A DNA stretch of 57,384 nt from Patescibacteria group bacterium (GCA_026416975.1 JAOAEC010000001.1:1-57384); one strand, 5' to 3'; counted from the stretch's first letter, positions 17,978 through 28,160 are shown. Numbers and translations are program-made. The notes: a model not told the origin generated them from the sequence alone.

Positions 17978-18616
17978 ATGGGTCAAAAAATTAATCCTAA
18001 AATTTTTCGCTTAGGTATATTATATAACTGGGATTCCCGGTGGTTTTTCTCTAATAAAGCTCTTTATCGAAAGAATTTACTTTTAGATATTAAGTTGCGA
18101 GAGGCAATTTTTAAAAATTATGCTTATGCTTCAGTAACTCAGGTAGAGATTGAACGAGCTATTAACAAAATTACCTTAATTATTCATTCAGTTAAACCGG
18201 GAATGATAATTGGTCAAGGAGGTAAAAGATTGGAAGAATTAAAAAAATTTATTGCAAAAACACTAAATATTGATAATAAATCAAAAGAAATAAAAATAGA
18301 TATTAAAATTGAGCCGGTAAAGAAACCTTATTTAAATGCTAATTTTGTTGCTCAGACAATTGCCAGTAAGTTAATAAAGAATTTTCCTCATCGATCAGTT
18401 GTTCACAATGCTATGGATAGAGTGATGGAAGCAGGAGCTAAAGGAGTAAAAATTCAGTTGGGCGGTCGAGTCGCTGGTGCAGAAATTTCTCGAAGAGAGA
18501 AATATTTTCAAGGAAAAGTTTCCACCTCAACGATTAGAGCTAATATTGATTTTGCACGTTTTCCAGCTCTTACTAAATCAGGATATGTCGGAATAAAAGT
18601 TTGGATTTGTAAATAA
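17978..18616 (+). CDS. rpsC: 30S ribosomal protein S3
   Basis: MGQKINP..FRLG, GRVAGAEI. Confidence 0.98.
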   Translation: MGQKINPKIFRLGILYNWDSRWFFSNKALYRKNLLLDIKLREAIFKNYAYASVTQVEIERAINKITLIIHSVKPGMIIGQGGKRLEELKKFIAKTLNIDNKSKEIKIDIKIEPVKKPYLNANFVAQTIASKLIKNFPHRSVVHNAMDRVMEAGAKGVKIQLGGRVAGAEISRREKYFQGKVSTSTIRANIDFARFPALTKSGYVGIKVWICK

Positions 18617-18619
18617 AAC

Positions 18620-19027
18620 ATGTTAGCGCCGAAAAGACAAAAATTTAGAAAGCAGTTTCGGGGAATTTGGAGAAAAATTGCTATTAAAGGCAATGAGCTT
18701 AATTTTGGTAGTATGGGTTTAAAATCATTGGAACAAGGTTGGATAAAAGATAGAGAAATTGAAGCGGCGAGATTAATTTTAGCTCGGGCAACGAGAAAAA
18801 ATGGCAAGTTTTGGATAAGAATTTTTCCTGATAAGCCATATACAAAAAAACCACCTGAAGTGACAATGGGAGCGGGAAAAGGCGATGTGGTTTATTTTGT
18901 TGCTTCGGTGGCTCCCGGAAGAATTCTTTTTGAGATTGATGGTTTGCCAAAAAACGAAGCAGAAAAAATTTTAAAAAGCATTAGTTATAAATTATCAGTA
19001 AAAACAAAAGTTGTTGATAAAATATGA
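18620..19027 (+). CDS. rplP: 50S ribosomal protein L16
   Basis: PKRQKFRKQFRG, WIRIFPDKP. Confidence 0.98.
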   Translation: MLAPKRQKFRKQFRGIWRKIAIKGNELNFGSMGLKSLEQGWIKDREIEAARLILARATRKNGKFWIRIFPDKPYTKKPPEVTMGAGKGDVVYFVASVAPGRILFEIDGLPKNEAEKILKSISYKLSVKTKVVDKI

Positions 19028-19257
19028 AAAAAGTTGTTAAAGAATGGCAGAAAAAGTCAATAAAAGAAATAGAAAATGAGATAAATAAAATACGAGAAGA
19101 AATTGCAAAATTAAGGATTGAAATGAAAGTTAATCCACCAAAAGATACTAATATTTTAATAAAAAAAAGAAAAAATTTAGCAGTGGCATTGACGATTTTA
19201 ACTCAAAAAAAAGAAGAAGAGACTTTAAAAAAAGAATTAAAGATAAAAAAAGAATAA
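19024..19257 (+). CDS. rpmC: 50S ribosomal protein L29
   Basis: Helical basic 77 aa protein between rplP and rpsQ. Confidence 0.85.
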   Translation: MKKVVKEWQKKSIKEIENEINKIREEIAKLRIEMKVNPPKDTNILIKKRKNLAVALTILTQKKEEETLKKELKIKKE

Positions 19258-19287
19258 TTTACTAATTTTAATTTTTAAATATTAAAT

Positions 19288-19521
19288 ATGGCAAAAATTT
19301 TAAAAGGTAAAGTAATTTCTAATAAAATGAAAAAAACAGTTACTGTTTTAGTAGAAAGAAGATTTCGTCATCCATTATATGAAAAAGTAATTGTTCAGCA
19401 TAAAAAATATAAAGTCCATAATGAAAGTTTTGATTTAAAAGAAGGCGATGAAGTTATGATTAAGGAGACAAAACCGATTTCTAAAGAAAAACACTTTATT
19501 GTTTTAAAAAAGATTAATTAG
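19288..19521 (+). CDS. rpsQ: 30S ribosomal protein S17
   Basis: SNKMKKTVTV, HPLY, ETKPISK. Confidence 0.97.
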   Translation: MAKILKGKVISNKMKKTVTVLVERRFRHPLYEKVIVQHKKYKVHNESFDLKEGDEVMIKETKPISKEKHFIVLKKIN

Positions 19522-19542
19522 TTGTTAATATTTTAAAATAAA

Positions 19543-19916
19543 ATGTTACAATTACGTTCAATTTTAAACGTCGCTGATAACACAGGTGCTAAAAAAGTAG
19601 CTTTGATTGGTATTCCTGGTAAGGGAAATCGACGATTAGCTTATGTAGGAGAAGTAGTTAATGTTTCGGTGAAAGAAGCGATTCCTTATTCGCAGGTAAA
19701 AAAGGCGAGGGAGTATCAGCGGTGATTGTGAGAACAAAAAAAGAGAAACGAAGAAAGGATGGTAGTTATATTCGTTTTGATGATAATGCCTGTGTGATTT
19801 TAGCTGGAAAAGGAAATAAAGAACCAAAAGGAACGCGGGTATTTGGACCAATTGCTAAAGAGGTAAAAGATAATGGTTTTAACAAAATTGCTAGTTTGGC
19901 CGAAGAAATGTATTAA
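19543..19916 (+). CDS. rplN: 50S ribosomal protein L14, split by a -1 frameshift at 19698-19704
   Basis: ORFs 19543-19725 (VADNTGAK) and 19722-19916 (FDDNA, GTRVFGP) join as [17 protein letters not shown] if one A is added. Confidence 0.93.
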
Positions 19917-19942
19917 AAATTTTTTATTTTACCTATTTTATT

Positions 19943-20248
19943 ATGAAGATAAAAAAAGGTGACAAAGTAAGAATAATTTCCGGAAAGGATAAAGGAAGAG
20001 AAGGAATAATAGAAAAAGTTTATCTAAAAGCTAATAAAGTTCTTATTTCGGGAATAAATTTATATAAAAGACATATTAAAAAAAGCGAAAAGTTCCCTCA
20101 AGGAGGAGTAGTGGAAATTCCTCGACCTTTATTGGTATCAAAGGTAATGTTAATTTGTCCAAAATGTCATAAATTAACAAGAGTTGGTTTTGAAAAAAGA
20201 GAAAAGAAGAAATGGCGAATTTGTAAAAAATGTCGAGAAAAAATTTAA
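19943..20248 (+). CDS. rplX: 50S ribosomal protein L24
   Basis: KKGDKV.IISGKDKG. Confidence 0.97.
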   Translation: MKIKKGDKVRIISGKDKGREGIIEKVYLKANKVLISGINLYKRHIKKSEKFPQGGVVEIPRPLLVSKVMLICPKCHKLTRVGFEKREKKKWRICKKCREKI

Positions 20249-20269
20249 TTTTTATTATTTTTTATAAAT

Positions 20270-20806
20270 ATGGAATTTAAAGATTTTTTTGAAAAAGAAA
20301 TAAGGAAAAAATTAATGGTAGAAATGGGAATAAGTAATTTAATGGCCGTACCAAGGCCAATAAAAATAGTGATTAATGTTGGCGCTGGTGAGGCAGTAGT
20401 TAATAAAGAAGCATTAAAAAAAATTAGCGAACAAATAGAATTAATTGCTGGTCAAAAGCCGGTGATTACTAAGGCAAGAAAATCAGTTTCTGCTTTTAAA
20501 ATTAGAAAAGGATTACCCATTGGTGTTAAAGTAACGTTAAGAAGAAAAAGAATGTTTGCTTTTTTAGAAAAATTGATTAAAATTATTATTCCGCGTTTAA
20601 AAGACTTTCGAGGAATTTCAGAGAAAAGTGTTGATCAGGCCGGTAATTTAAATTTAGGTTTTAGTGAACAGACAATTTTTCCCGAGATTGATTTTGATAA
20701 AATTGATAAGATTAGAGGTTTAGAAGTAACGATTGTTACTAACGCTAAAAATAAAGAAAAAGGAAAAAAATTATTTGAATTGTTAGGAATTCCTTTTAAG
20801 AAATAA
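20270..20806 (+). CDS. rplE: 50S ribosomal protein L5
   Basis: GQKPVITKARKS, PRLKDFRG. Confidence 0.98.
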   Translation: MEFKDFFEKEIRKKLMVEMGISNLMAVPRPIKIVINVGAGEAVVNKEALKKISEQIELIAGQKPVITKARKSVSAFKIRKGLPIGVKVTLRRKRMFAFLEKLIKIIIPRLKDFRGISEKSVDQAGNLNLGFSEQTIFPEIDFDKIDKIRGLEVTIVTNAKNKEKGKKLFELLGIPFKK

Positions 20807-20815
20807 AAATTAATT

Positions 20816-21001
20816 ATGGCAAAAAAGTCAGATGAGGTTAAGTTTTTAAAAAAACAAAAGTATCAAGTACGTCATCGTAATCGCTGTCCTTTATGTGGAC
20901 GGGCTCGAGGATATTTAAGAAGATTTGGTTTATGTCGAATTTGTTTTCGAGAAAAAGCCTTAGAAGGCCAAATTCCTGGAGTTAAAAAAATTTCTTGGTA
21001 A
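20816..21001 (+). CDS. rpsN: 30S ribosomal protein S14 (zinc-binding type Z)
   Basis: RCPLCGR...LCRICFRE. Confidence 0.97.
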   Translation: MAKKSDEVKFLKKQKYQVRHRNRCPLCGRARGYLRRFGLCRICFREKALEGQIPGVKKISW

Positions 21002-21005
21002 AATT

Positions 21006-21290
21006 ATGAGTCGTTCAGCAAAAAAAGGTCCTTATATTGACGAAAAATTACTTAAAAAAATATTGAAACAGAAACAAACTGGGGACAAAACGCCAATAAA
21101 AACTTGGGCGAGAGATAGTCAAATTGCTCCAGAGTTTGTTGGCCATCGCTTAGCTATTCATAATGGTCGAAAATTTATTGAAGTTTTTATTACTGAGATG
21201 ATGGTTGGTCATCGTTTAGGTGAGTTTGCACTTACAAGAACTTTTAGAAGTCATGGTAAGGTAACGAAAAAAATCGTTGAACCAACATAA
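21006..21290 (+). CDS. rpsS: 30S ribosomal protein S19 (relocated)
   Basis: [27 protein letters not shown]. Confidence 0.98.
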   Translation: MSRSAKKGPYIDEKLLKKILKQKQTGDKTPIKTWARDSQIAPEFVGHRLAIHNGRKFIEVFITEMMVGHRLGEFALTRTFRSHGKVTKKIVEPT

Positions 21291-21303
21291 AAACTATAAA
21301 ATT

Positions 21304-21690
21304 ATGGGAAATTCGGCAATTGATTTAATTATCAGAATTAAAAATGGTTATCTGGCAAAGAAAGAGATGGTTGAGTCTCCTTATTCTCGTTTTCGTGAGG
21401 CAATTTTAGTTAAATTAAAAGAGTTAAAATTTATTAAAGATTTCAAGGTAAGCGGTGAAAAAATTAAAAAAATAATTATTGAACTTTTTTATCATCAAGG
21501 CAATTCTTGTTTAACTGAAGTAGAGATAATTTCCAAACCAGGAAGAAAGATTTATGTTTCTTATCGTGATTTAAAACCAGTTCTTAATGGTTTTGGTTAT
21601 TCTATTTTATCAACCCCTCAAGGAATTATTACTGATAAAGAGGCTAAAAGAAAAAAAGTTGGGGGTGAGTTGTTATTTAATATTTGGTAA
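21304..21690 (+). CDS. rpsH: 30S ribosomal protein S8
   Basis: IDLIIRIKN, SKPGRKIY, STPQG, GGE; ATG at 21304. Confidence 0.96.
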   Translation: MGNSAIDLIIRIKNGYLAKKEMVESPYSRFREAILVKLKELKFIKDFKVSGEKIKKIIIELFYHQGNSCLTEVEIISKPGRKIYVSYRDLKPVLNGFGYSILSTPQGIITDKEAKRKKVGGELLFNIW

Positions 21691-21695
21691 AAAAT

Positions 21696-22250
21696 ATGTC
21701 AAAAATAGGTGAAAAACCAGTAGTTATAAAAGAAGGTGTTAGTATTATTCAAGATAAAGAGAAGATTTTAATTAAAGGAAAAGAGGGTGAGTTAATGATT
21801 AATTTACCACCAGATCTTGTTTTAGAAAACAAGGACAATCTGTTATTTTTAAAAAGAAAAAATAATAAAAGTAAGGTTAAGGCATTGCATGGTCTTTATC
21901 GTCAATTAATTAATAATGCGGTAATTGGAGTTAATAAAAGATGGGAAAAAAGATTGGAGATTGTCGGTACCGGTTATAATGTGAAGTTACAAGGAGAGGA
22001 TCTAGTTTTTAAATTAGGTTATTCTCATCCGGTAATTTTTAAAAAAAGAGAGGGGATAAAATTTAACGTGGAGGGAAATAATAAAGTGATTGTTTCTGGA
22101 TGTGATAAACAATTAGTTGGTGAGATAGCTTATCAAATAAAGATGTTAAAAAAACCTGATGCTTATAAAGGAAAAGGAATTCGTTATGAAGATGAAAAGT
22201 TAAGAATTAAACCGGGAAAGAAAGCCAAGGCTACCAGTACTGGTGCCTAA
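21696..22250 (+). CDS. rplF: 50S ribosomal protein L6
   Basis: MSKIG, LGYSHP, PDAYKGKGIRY. Confidence 0.97.
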   Translation: MSKIGEKPVVIKEGVSIIQDKEKILIKGKEGELMINLPPDLVLENKDNLLFLKRKNNKSKVKALHGLYRQLINNAVIGVNKRWEKRLEIVGTGYNVKLQGEDLVFKLGYSHPVIFKKREGIKFNVEGNNKVIVSGCDKQLVGEIAYQIKMLKKPDAYKGKGIRYEDEKLRIKPGKKAKATSTGA

Positions 22251-22265
22251 AAATTTTTAAAAAAT

Positions 22266-22631
22266 ATGAAAAAAATTGTTACTTTTGACAAAAAATTAAG
22301 AAAGATAAAAAAGGTTAGAGAGAAAATTAAAGGAACAAAACAAAGACCAAGAATCGCTGTCTTTCGTTCTAATCGTTATATTTACGCTCAGGCGATTGAT
22401 GATGATATAAGAAAAACAATAGCCACTTTTTCTAGTTTAAATCTTAAAAAAGAGGATAAAGAGATAAAAATAAAAAAAACTGAGGAAGCAAAAATAGTCG
22501 GGTTGAAATTAGCCGAATTATTAAAGAAAAAAGAGATTGATAAAGCAGTTTTTGATAGAAGATTTTACCATTATCATGGTCGAGTAAAAGCATTGGTTAA
22601 TGGTTTAAGAGAGGGAGGGATAAAAATTTAA
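22266..22631 (+). CDS. rplR: 50S ribosomal protein L18
   Basis: RPR..VFRSN, FDR, YHGRVKA. Confidence 0.97.
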   Translation: MKKIVTFDKKLRKIKKVREKIKGTKQRPRIAVFRSNRYIYAQAIDDDIRKTIATFSSLNLKKEDKEIKIKKTEEAKIVGLKLAELLKKKEIDKAVFDRRFYHYHGRVKALVNGLREGGIKI

Positions 22632-22689
22632 AAATAAAAAATAAAAAATAAAAAATTAAAAATTATAAAAATCAAATAAAAAATTAATT

Positions 22690-23154
22690 ATGAATGAGGA
22701 AAAAAAAGAAAAAAAATTTGAAGAGAATGTCTTATTAATTAGAAGAGTTTCTAAAAAAATTCCCGGCGGAAATTACATTACCTTTTCTGCTTTGGTAGCC
22801 ATTGGTGATAAACAAGGCCAGGTGGGTATTGGTATGGGGCGGGGATTAGAAGTGCCGCCGGCAATAAAAAAAGCGGTTAATTTTGCTAAAAAACATCTAA
22901 TCACCGTGCCGGTTTTTAAAAAAACTATTCCGCATCAGATAAAAATAAAATACAAAGCAGCAAAAATTCTTCTTAAACCAGCTCCAGAAGGAACCGGTTT
23001 AAAAGTAGGAAGCGTTGCCCGGGTGATTTTATCTTTAGCCGGAGTGGAAAATGCCTCAGGAAAAATTATTGGTGGCCGAAATCAAATAGTTAATGCTTAT
23101 GGAGTAATAAAAGCCTTAAAAAAATTAAAAATTAAAAAAAATAACAAAAAATGA
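22690..23154 (+). CDS. rpsE: 30S ribosomal protein S5
   Basis: RVSK..PGG, LKPAPEGTG. Confidence 0.96.
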   Translation: MNEEKKEKKFEENVLLIRRVSKKIPGGNYITFSALVAIGDKQGQVGIGMGRGLEVPPAIKKAVNFAKKHLITVPVFKKTIPHQIKIKYKAAKILLKPAPEGTGLKVGSVARVILSLAGVENASGKIIGGRNQIVNAYGVIKALKKLKIKKNNKK

Positions 23155-23606
23155 CTAGTAATTTTTTATCTCAATTAAAAAAAATTGTTAAAAAAAGAAA
23201 AAAAAGACTTGGTCGAGGTTTAGGAAGCGGAAAAGGATCCAAATCGAGTCGGGGAATTACTCGTCATCAAAAAGCGCGAGAAGATATTCCTTTAGCTTTT
23301 GAAGGTGGTCAAGGAAGAATAATAAAAAAATTTCCTTTATTAAGAGGAAAAGAAAAAAACAAACCAGTAAGAGAAAAACCAACCATAGTTAAACTATCAA
23401 GTTTTAATCTTTTTAAAAATGGAGAGAAAGTGACACCTGCAAAACTTTTAGAAAAAAAGATTATTAAAAAAATTACTAAAGGAGGAATAAAGATTTTAAA
23501 CAGTGATCAGTTAAAGAAAAAAATAATCATTAAAGGAATGCTAGTTTCTCAATCAGCTAAAAACATTATTGAAAAGTTAGGAGGCAAGGTTAATAAAAAA
23601 CTATGA
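23151..23606 (+). CDS. rplO: 50S ribosomal protein L15
   Basis: [16 protein letters not shown]. Confidence 0.96.
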   Translation: MTSNFLSQLKKIVKKRKKRLGRGLGSGKGSKSSRGITRHQKAREDIPLAFEGGQGRIIKKFPLLRGKEKNKPVREKPTIVKLSSFNLFKNGEKVTPAKLLEKKIIKKITKGGIKILNSDQLKKKIIIKGMLVSQSAKNIIEKLGGKVNKKL

Positions 23607-24889
23607 ACGAATCAATTAGTAAATTAAAGCTTTTATTTAAAGATCCTAATTTAAAACAAAAAACCCTTTTTACTTTGTTAATTTTTCTTGTTTTTAGGAT
23701 TTTTGCTTTTTTGCCGGTGCCGGCAATTAATTTAGGAAGACTGCGAGTTCTTTTTGCTCAAAATCAGTTTTTAACTTTATTAGATATTTTTTCCGGTGGT
23801 ACATTAATTAATTTTTCTGTGATGGCTTTGGGTTTGAATCCTTATATTAATGCCTCGATTATTATTCAGCTATTAACAATGGTTTTTCCTAAGTTAGAGG
23901 AGTTGGCTAAAGAAGGCGAATATGGTCGTTTCAAAATTAATCAATATACTCGTTTTTTAACTTTACCTTTAACCTTAGTTCAGACAATAGGCATATATTT
24001 TCTTCTTAAAAATCAAAAAATTATTATCAATCTTTCTTTGTTGGAATTATTTTCTTTTGTGGCAACAATGGTAGCAGGCACTTTTATCTTAATTTGGTTT
24101 GGTGAGTTAATATCAGAATTTGGTTTAGGTAATGGTATTTCTCTTTTAATTTTTGTAGGCATTATTGGTAGGTTGCCAATAGTGATAGCGCGAACTGCTT
24201 TTATTTTAACCCCAGAAATGATTTTTAATGTAATTATTTTTTTAATTTTAGCAATATTGGTTATTGCTTCAGTGGTTTTTATTAATGAAGCGGTGAGAAA
24301 AATTCCGGTTTATTACGCTAAAAGAATTAAAGGAAATCGAGTTTATCAAGGAGCGACTAATTTTTTACCTTTGAAACTTAATCAAGCGGGCGTGATTCCG
24401 ATAATTTTTGCTGTTTCTTTTGTTCTTTTTCCTCAGCTTATTGGTAATTTTTTTCTTTATTCTAAAACAAAATTAGTGGCGAAAATCGCCTCATTTTTAG
24501 TTAAATTTTTTTCACCAACAGGATTTTTTTATAATTTTTTTTATTTTATTTTAGTGGTCGGTTTTACCTTTTTTTATACTATAATTGTTTTTAATCCTCA
24601 AAAAATTGCTGAAGAGATTCAAAAATATGGTGGATTTATTCCCGGTATAAGACCGGGGTTAGCAACAAAAGAATATTTAGAGAAGATTTTATATAGAATT
24701 ACCTCAGTGGGAGCAATTTTTTTGGGAATAATTGCTATTTTACCAGTATTAGTATCAAAAATTACTACAATACCTAATTTAGTCATTGGTGGCACTGGAA
24801 TTTTAATTGTTGTTTCTGTGGTTTTGGAAACTTTTAAGATGATTGAAGCTCATTTAGCAATGAAAAGTTATGATAAATTTATTAAATAA
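23603..24889 (+). CDS. secY: Preprotein translocase subunit SecY
   Basis: [34 protein letters not shown]. Confidence 0.98.
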   Translation: MNESISKLKLLFKDPNLKQKTLFTLLIFLVFRIFAFLPVPAINLGRLRVLFAQNQFLTLLDIFSGGTLINFSVMALGLNPYINASIIIQLLTMVFPKLEELAKEGEYGRFKINQYTRFLTLPLTLVQTIGIYFLLKNQKIIINLSLLELFSFVATMVAGTFILIWFGELISEFGLGNGISLLIFVGIIGRLPIVIARTAFILTPEMIFNVIIFLILAILVIASVVFINEAVRKIPVYYAKRIKGNRVYQGATNFLPLKLNQAGVIPIIFAVSFVLFPQLIGNFFLYSKTKLVAKIASFLVKFFSPTGFFYNFFYFILVVGFTFFYTIIVFNPQKIAEEIQKYGGFIPGIRPGLATKEYLEKILYRITSVGAIFLGIIAILPVLVSKITTIPNLVIGGTGILIVVSVVLETFKMIEAHLAMKSYDKFIK

Positions 24890-24894
24890 ATAAT

Positions 24895-25065
24895 ATGGCA
24901 AAAAAAGGGTCACGAACGTTAATCGGTTTAGTTTGCGAGGTATGTCGCAATCATAACTATACCACCGAGAAAAACAAACTTAATACCGATCAACCATTAA
25001 AATTAAAAAAATATTGCTCTAAATGCAAAAAACACACCATTCATAAAGAAAAGAAAAAATTATGA
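24895..25065 (+). CDS. rpmG: 50S ribosomal protein L33 (zinc-binding)
   Basis: Manual translation MAKKGSRTLIGLVCEVCRNHNYTTEKNKLNTDQPLKLKKYCSKCKKHTIHKEKKKL (56 aa, below ORF cutoff). Confidence 0.95.
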   Translation: MAKKGSRTLIGLVCEVCRNHNYTTEKNKLNTDQPLKLKKYCSKCKKHTIHKEKKKL

Positions 25066-26192
25066 AAATAGTTTTATTTGGTATTCAAGGTTCAGGAAAA
25101 TCAACTCAAGGAAATCTTTTATCAAAACAGTTAAATCTTCCTTATCTGTCTACTGGTCATATTTTAAGACAGTTGTCAAAAGAAAAGACAAAGTTGGGTC
25201 GTTATATTAAAGAAACGATTAATGCTGGTTTTTTAGTGCCGGATGAAAAAATGATTAAAATCGTTGACGGTTATTTAAATAGGAAAGAATATCAACGAGG
25301 TTATATTTTAGATGGTTTCCCCCGAACATTGTATCAGGCAAAAAAATTTAAAAATAATATTGATAAAGCAATTTATTTAAAAATTTCTGATAAAGAAGCT
25401 TTATGGAGGCTTCTTTATCGGAATGATGATGGTCGCGAAGATGAAACATTACCGGCTTTAAAAAAAAGGATTGATCTTTTTAAAAAGTTTACTTTACCGG
25501 TAGTTGATTTTTATCAAAAAAAAGGAAAATTGGCAGTAATTAATGGCTCAAAATCAATTGAAGAGGTAAATGAGGAAATTCTCAAGAATTTGGGCAAACA
25601 GTTGATTAAGAATCAAATTAAATCGTGGGAAAATAAACAAAAAGCAATTATTGCTATTGTTGGTTTGCCAGGAGCAGGAAAGACAGAGGCAGCTGAATAT
25701 TTTAAGAAAAAAGGTTTACCGGTAATCAGTTTTGGTAAGATTATTAATGATTATATTGATAAAAAAGGATTACCTCATATTGAAAAAATTCATCATCAAG
25801 TGAGAACTCATTTGAGAGAGAAATATGGTAAGGAAGCATTAGCGGTTTTAAATATTAAAAATATAAAGAAACTTTTAAAGAAGAATTTAATTATTATTAT
25901 TGATGGAATGCGTTCTTGGGAAGAATATATTTATTTAAAAAAAGAGCTTCCCAAAGTAAATATTTTTATTTTAGCTTTATTTGCTAATAAAGAGTTACGT
26001 TATCAAAGAATTAATCAAAGAAAAGATAGAAAAACCCTAAAAGGAGAAGAAAGAGATATTGGTGAGTTAATTGATACTAATATGGGGCCAACCATTGCTT
26101 TTGCCGATTTTCTTATTAAAAACAATTTTTCTAAAGAAGATTTTTATGATAAGTTAGATGAAGTTTATCGGATAATATATTTTTCTTTATGA
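25062..26192 (+). CDS. adk: Adenylate kinase fused to a second P-loop kinase domain
   Basis: Domain 1 GIQGSGKST, STG, G.LVPD, LDGFPRT; domain 2 VGLPGAGKT, IDGMRS, ADFLIKN. Confidence 0.88.
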   Translation: MKIVLFGIQGSGKSTQGNLLSKQLNLPYLSTGHILRQLSKEKTKLGRYIKETINAGFLVPDEKMIKIVDGYLNRKEYQRGYILDGFPRTLYQAKKFKNNIDKAIYLKISDKEALWRLLYRNDDGREDETLPALKKRIDLFKKFTLPVVDFYQKKGKLAVINGSKSIEEVNEEILKNLGKQLIKNQIKSWENKQKAIIAIVGLPGAGKTEAAEYFKKKGLPVISFGKIINDYIDKKGLPHIEKIHHQVRTHLREKYGKEALAVLNIKNIKKLLKKNLIIIIDGMRSWEEYIYLKKELPKVNIFILALFANKELRYQRINQRKDRKTLKGEERDIGELIDTNMGPTIAFADFLIKNNFSKEDFYDKLDEVYRIIYFSL

Positions 26193-26947
26193 TTAATTTA
26201 AAAAGTGAAAAAGAAATTGCTTTAATGAAAGAAGGAGGTAAAAGATTAAGAAAGGTGGTGGCCGAATTGATTTTTTTTTGTCAAGAAGGAAAAACAACTA
26301 AGGAAATTGACGAAAAAGCGGAAGAGTTAATAAAAAAAATGGGCGGTGAGCCGTCTTTTAAAAAAGTAAAAAATTATTTTTGGTCAACTTGTTTGTCAGT
26401 TAACGAACAAATTGTTCACACACCTCCTTCAGAAAGAGTATTAAAAAAAGGTGATTTATTAACCTTAGATGTTGGTTTTTATTATCAGGGTTTTCATACT
26501 GATTTTTCCACCTCTTTTTTAATAGGAAAATTAGAAAGAGAAGATGATAAAATAGAAAGATTTTTAAAAGTAGGGAAGATTACTTTACAAAAAGCAATAT
26601 CTCAGGTAAAGGAAAATAATCGGATTGGCGATATTTCTGAGACAATTGAAAAAGAGATTTACAAAAATGGTTATTATGTGATAAAAAGATTAACTGGTCA
26701 TGGGATTGGAAAAGAGTTGCACGAAGAACCAATGATAGCGGGTTTTTTATTAGGGAAAAAAGAAAATACTCCTTTAATTAAAAAAGGATTAACGATTGCA
26801 ATTGAAGTTATTTATTCAATGGGAACAGAAGAAATGATTTACGAAAAAGACAATCATTGGTCTTTAGTAACGAGAGATAAAAGCTTATCCGCTTGTTTTG
26901 AACATACTGTGGCATTAACCGATAAAGGAGTGATAATTTTAACATAG
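26189..26947 (+). CDS. map: Methionine aminopeptidase type I
   Basis: SVNE.IVH, GHGIG..LHEEP, IAIE, FEHT. Confidence 0.96.
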   Translation: MINLKSEKEIALMKEGGKRLRKVVAELIFFCQEGKTTKEIDEKAEELIKKMGGEPSFKKVKNYFWSTCLSVNEQIVHTPPSERVLKKGDLLTLDVGFYYQGFHTDFSTSFLIGKLEREDDKIERFLKVGKITLQKAISQVKENNRIGDISETIEKEIYKNGYYVIKRLTGHGIGKELHEEPMIAGFLLGKKENTPLIKKGLTIAIEVIYSMGTEEMIYEKDNHWSLVTRDKSLSACFEHTVALTDKGVIILT

Positions 26948-26981
26948 ATTTAAAAAAAATTTATGTTAAAATATAATTTTT

Positions 26982-27197
26982 ATGAAAGAAAAACCAATTG
27001 TGGTTGAAGGAGAAGTAGTAGAAAATTTACCTAATACTTTATTTCGTGTTAAACTTTTTGAAAGTGAAAGGATAATTTTGTGTTATTTATCAGGAAAAAT
27101 GAGAAAAAATTTTATTAAAATTTTACCTGGTGATAGGGTAAAAGTTGAAATAACTCAATATGACCCTAATCGGGGAAGAATAGTTTATCGAAAATAA
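26982..27197 (+). CDS. infA: Translation initiation factor IF-1
   Basis: [20 protein letters not shown]. Confidence 0.98.
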   Translation: MKEKPIVVEGEVVENLPNTLFRVKLFESERIILCYLSGKMRKNFIKILPGDRVKVEITQYDPNRGRIVYRK

Positions 27198-27199
27198 AA

Positions 27200-27313
27200 A
27201 TGAAAGTAAGAGCGTCAATTAAAAAAATTTGTCCTAAATGTCAATTAGTAAAAAGAAAAGGTCGATTGTATATTATTTGTTCTAATCCCAAACATAAACA
27301 AAAACAGGGATAA
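27200..27313 (+). CDS. rpmJ: 50S ribosomal protein L36
   Basis: Manual translation [37 protein letters not shown]. Confidence 0.97.
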   Translation: MKVRASIKKICPKCQLVKRKGRLYIICSNPKHKQKQG

Positions 27314-27320
27314 AAAAATT

Positions 27321-27731
27321 ATGATAAGAATATTAGGGGTAGTTTTACCAGATAATAAAAGAATAGATTATGCCTTAACTCTTTTATATGGTATTGGTTG
27401 GTCTAACTCATTTAAAATTTTAGAGACATTAGGTATTGAAAAAAGTAAAAAAGTTAAGGATCTAAAAGAGGAAGAGGTAAAAAAAATTATTGATTTATTG
27501 GAAAAAAAATATAAAGTTGAAGGAGATTTAAGGCAAGAGATAACGGAAAACATTAAAAGATTAAAAGAAATTGGTTGTTATCGAGGAATTAGACATATTA
27601 GAAATTTACCGGTGAGAGGACAGCGAACTAGGTCAAATGCGAGAACAAAAAGAGGAAAAAGAAAAACTGTTGGTGCTTTAAAAAAAGAAGCTTGGGCAAA
27701 AATAGAGACGCAAAAAACTAAACAAGAATAA
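27321..27731 (+). CDS. rpsM: 30S ribosomal protein S13
   Basis: YRGIRH..NLPVRGQRTRSNART. Confidence 0.98.
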   Translation: MIRILGVVLPDNKRIDYALTLLYGIGWSNSFKILETLGIEKSKKVKDLKEEEVKKIIDLLEKKYKVEGDLRQEITENIKRLKEIGCYRGIRHIRNLPVRGQRTRSNARTKRGKRKTVGALKKEAWAKIETQKTKQE

Positions 27732-27751
27732 AAATAATTTTTTAATCATTT

Positions 27752-28126
27752 ATGAAAAAAAAACAGATAAAAAAACAGATTGAAAAAGGAAGAATTTATA
27801 TAACAGCCACTTTCAATAATACCTTAATTACGGTAACTGATGAGAAGGGAAATCCGGTGGTAGTTGGATCAGCCGGAAGGTATGGTTTTTCTGGAACAAG
27901 AAAATCTACTCCCTATGCGGCAACAATTGTGACTGAAGCCACGCTGAAAAAAGCAATTAACGAACATAGTTTAAAGATTGCCAATGTTTTTGTAAAAGGA
28001 ATTGGTCCGGGTAGGGAAGCGGCTTTGAGAGTAATCAAAGAGTTTGACATTGATGTGGAAAAATTAGTTGATATTACACCAGTTCCTCATAATGGTGTTA
28101 GACCATCAAAAATAAGAAGAGTGTAA
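27752..28126 (+). CDS. rpsK: 30S ribosomal protein S11
   Basis: TFNNT, RKSTPYAA, TPVPHNG. Confidence 0.98.
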   Translation: MKKKQIKKQIEKGRIYITATFNNTLITVTDEKGNPVVVGSAGRYGFSGTRKSTPYAATIVTEATLKKAINEHSLKIANVFVKGIGPGREAALRVIKEFDIDVEKLVDITPVPHNGVRPSKIRRV

Positions 28127-28160
28127 TAAAAATTAAAAATTAAAAATAGAAATTAGAAAT

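Noticed and set aside
23140..23160. Absence of rpmD between rpsE and rplO as a novelty
   Set aside because: Loss of L30 is an established CPR trait; used only as a taxonomic clue
24641..24657. CCCGGT/ACCGGG hairpin in secY
   Set aside because: Explained by the conserved PGIRPG peptide; short stem and no T-tract
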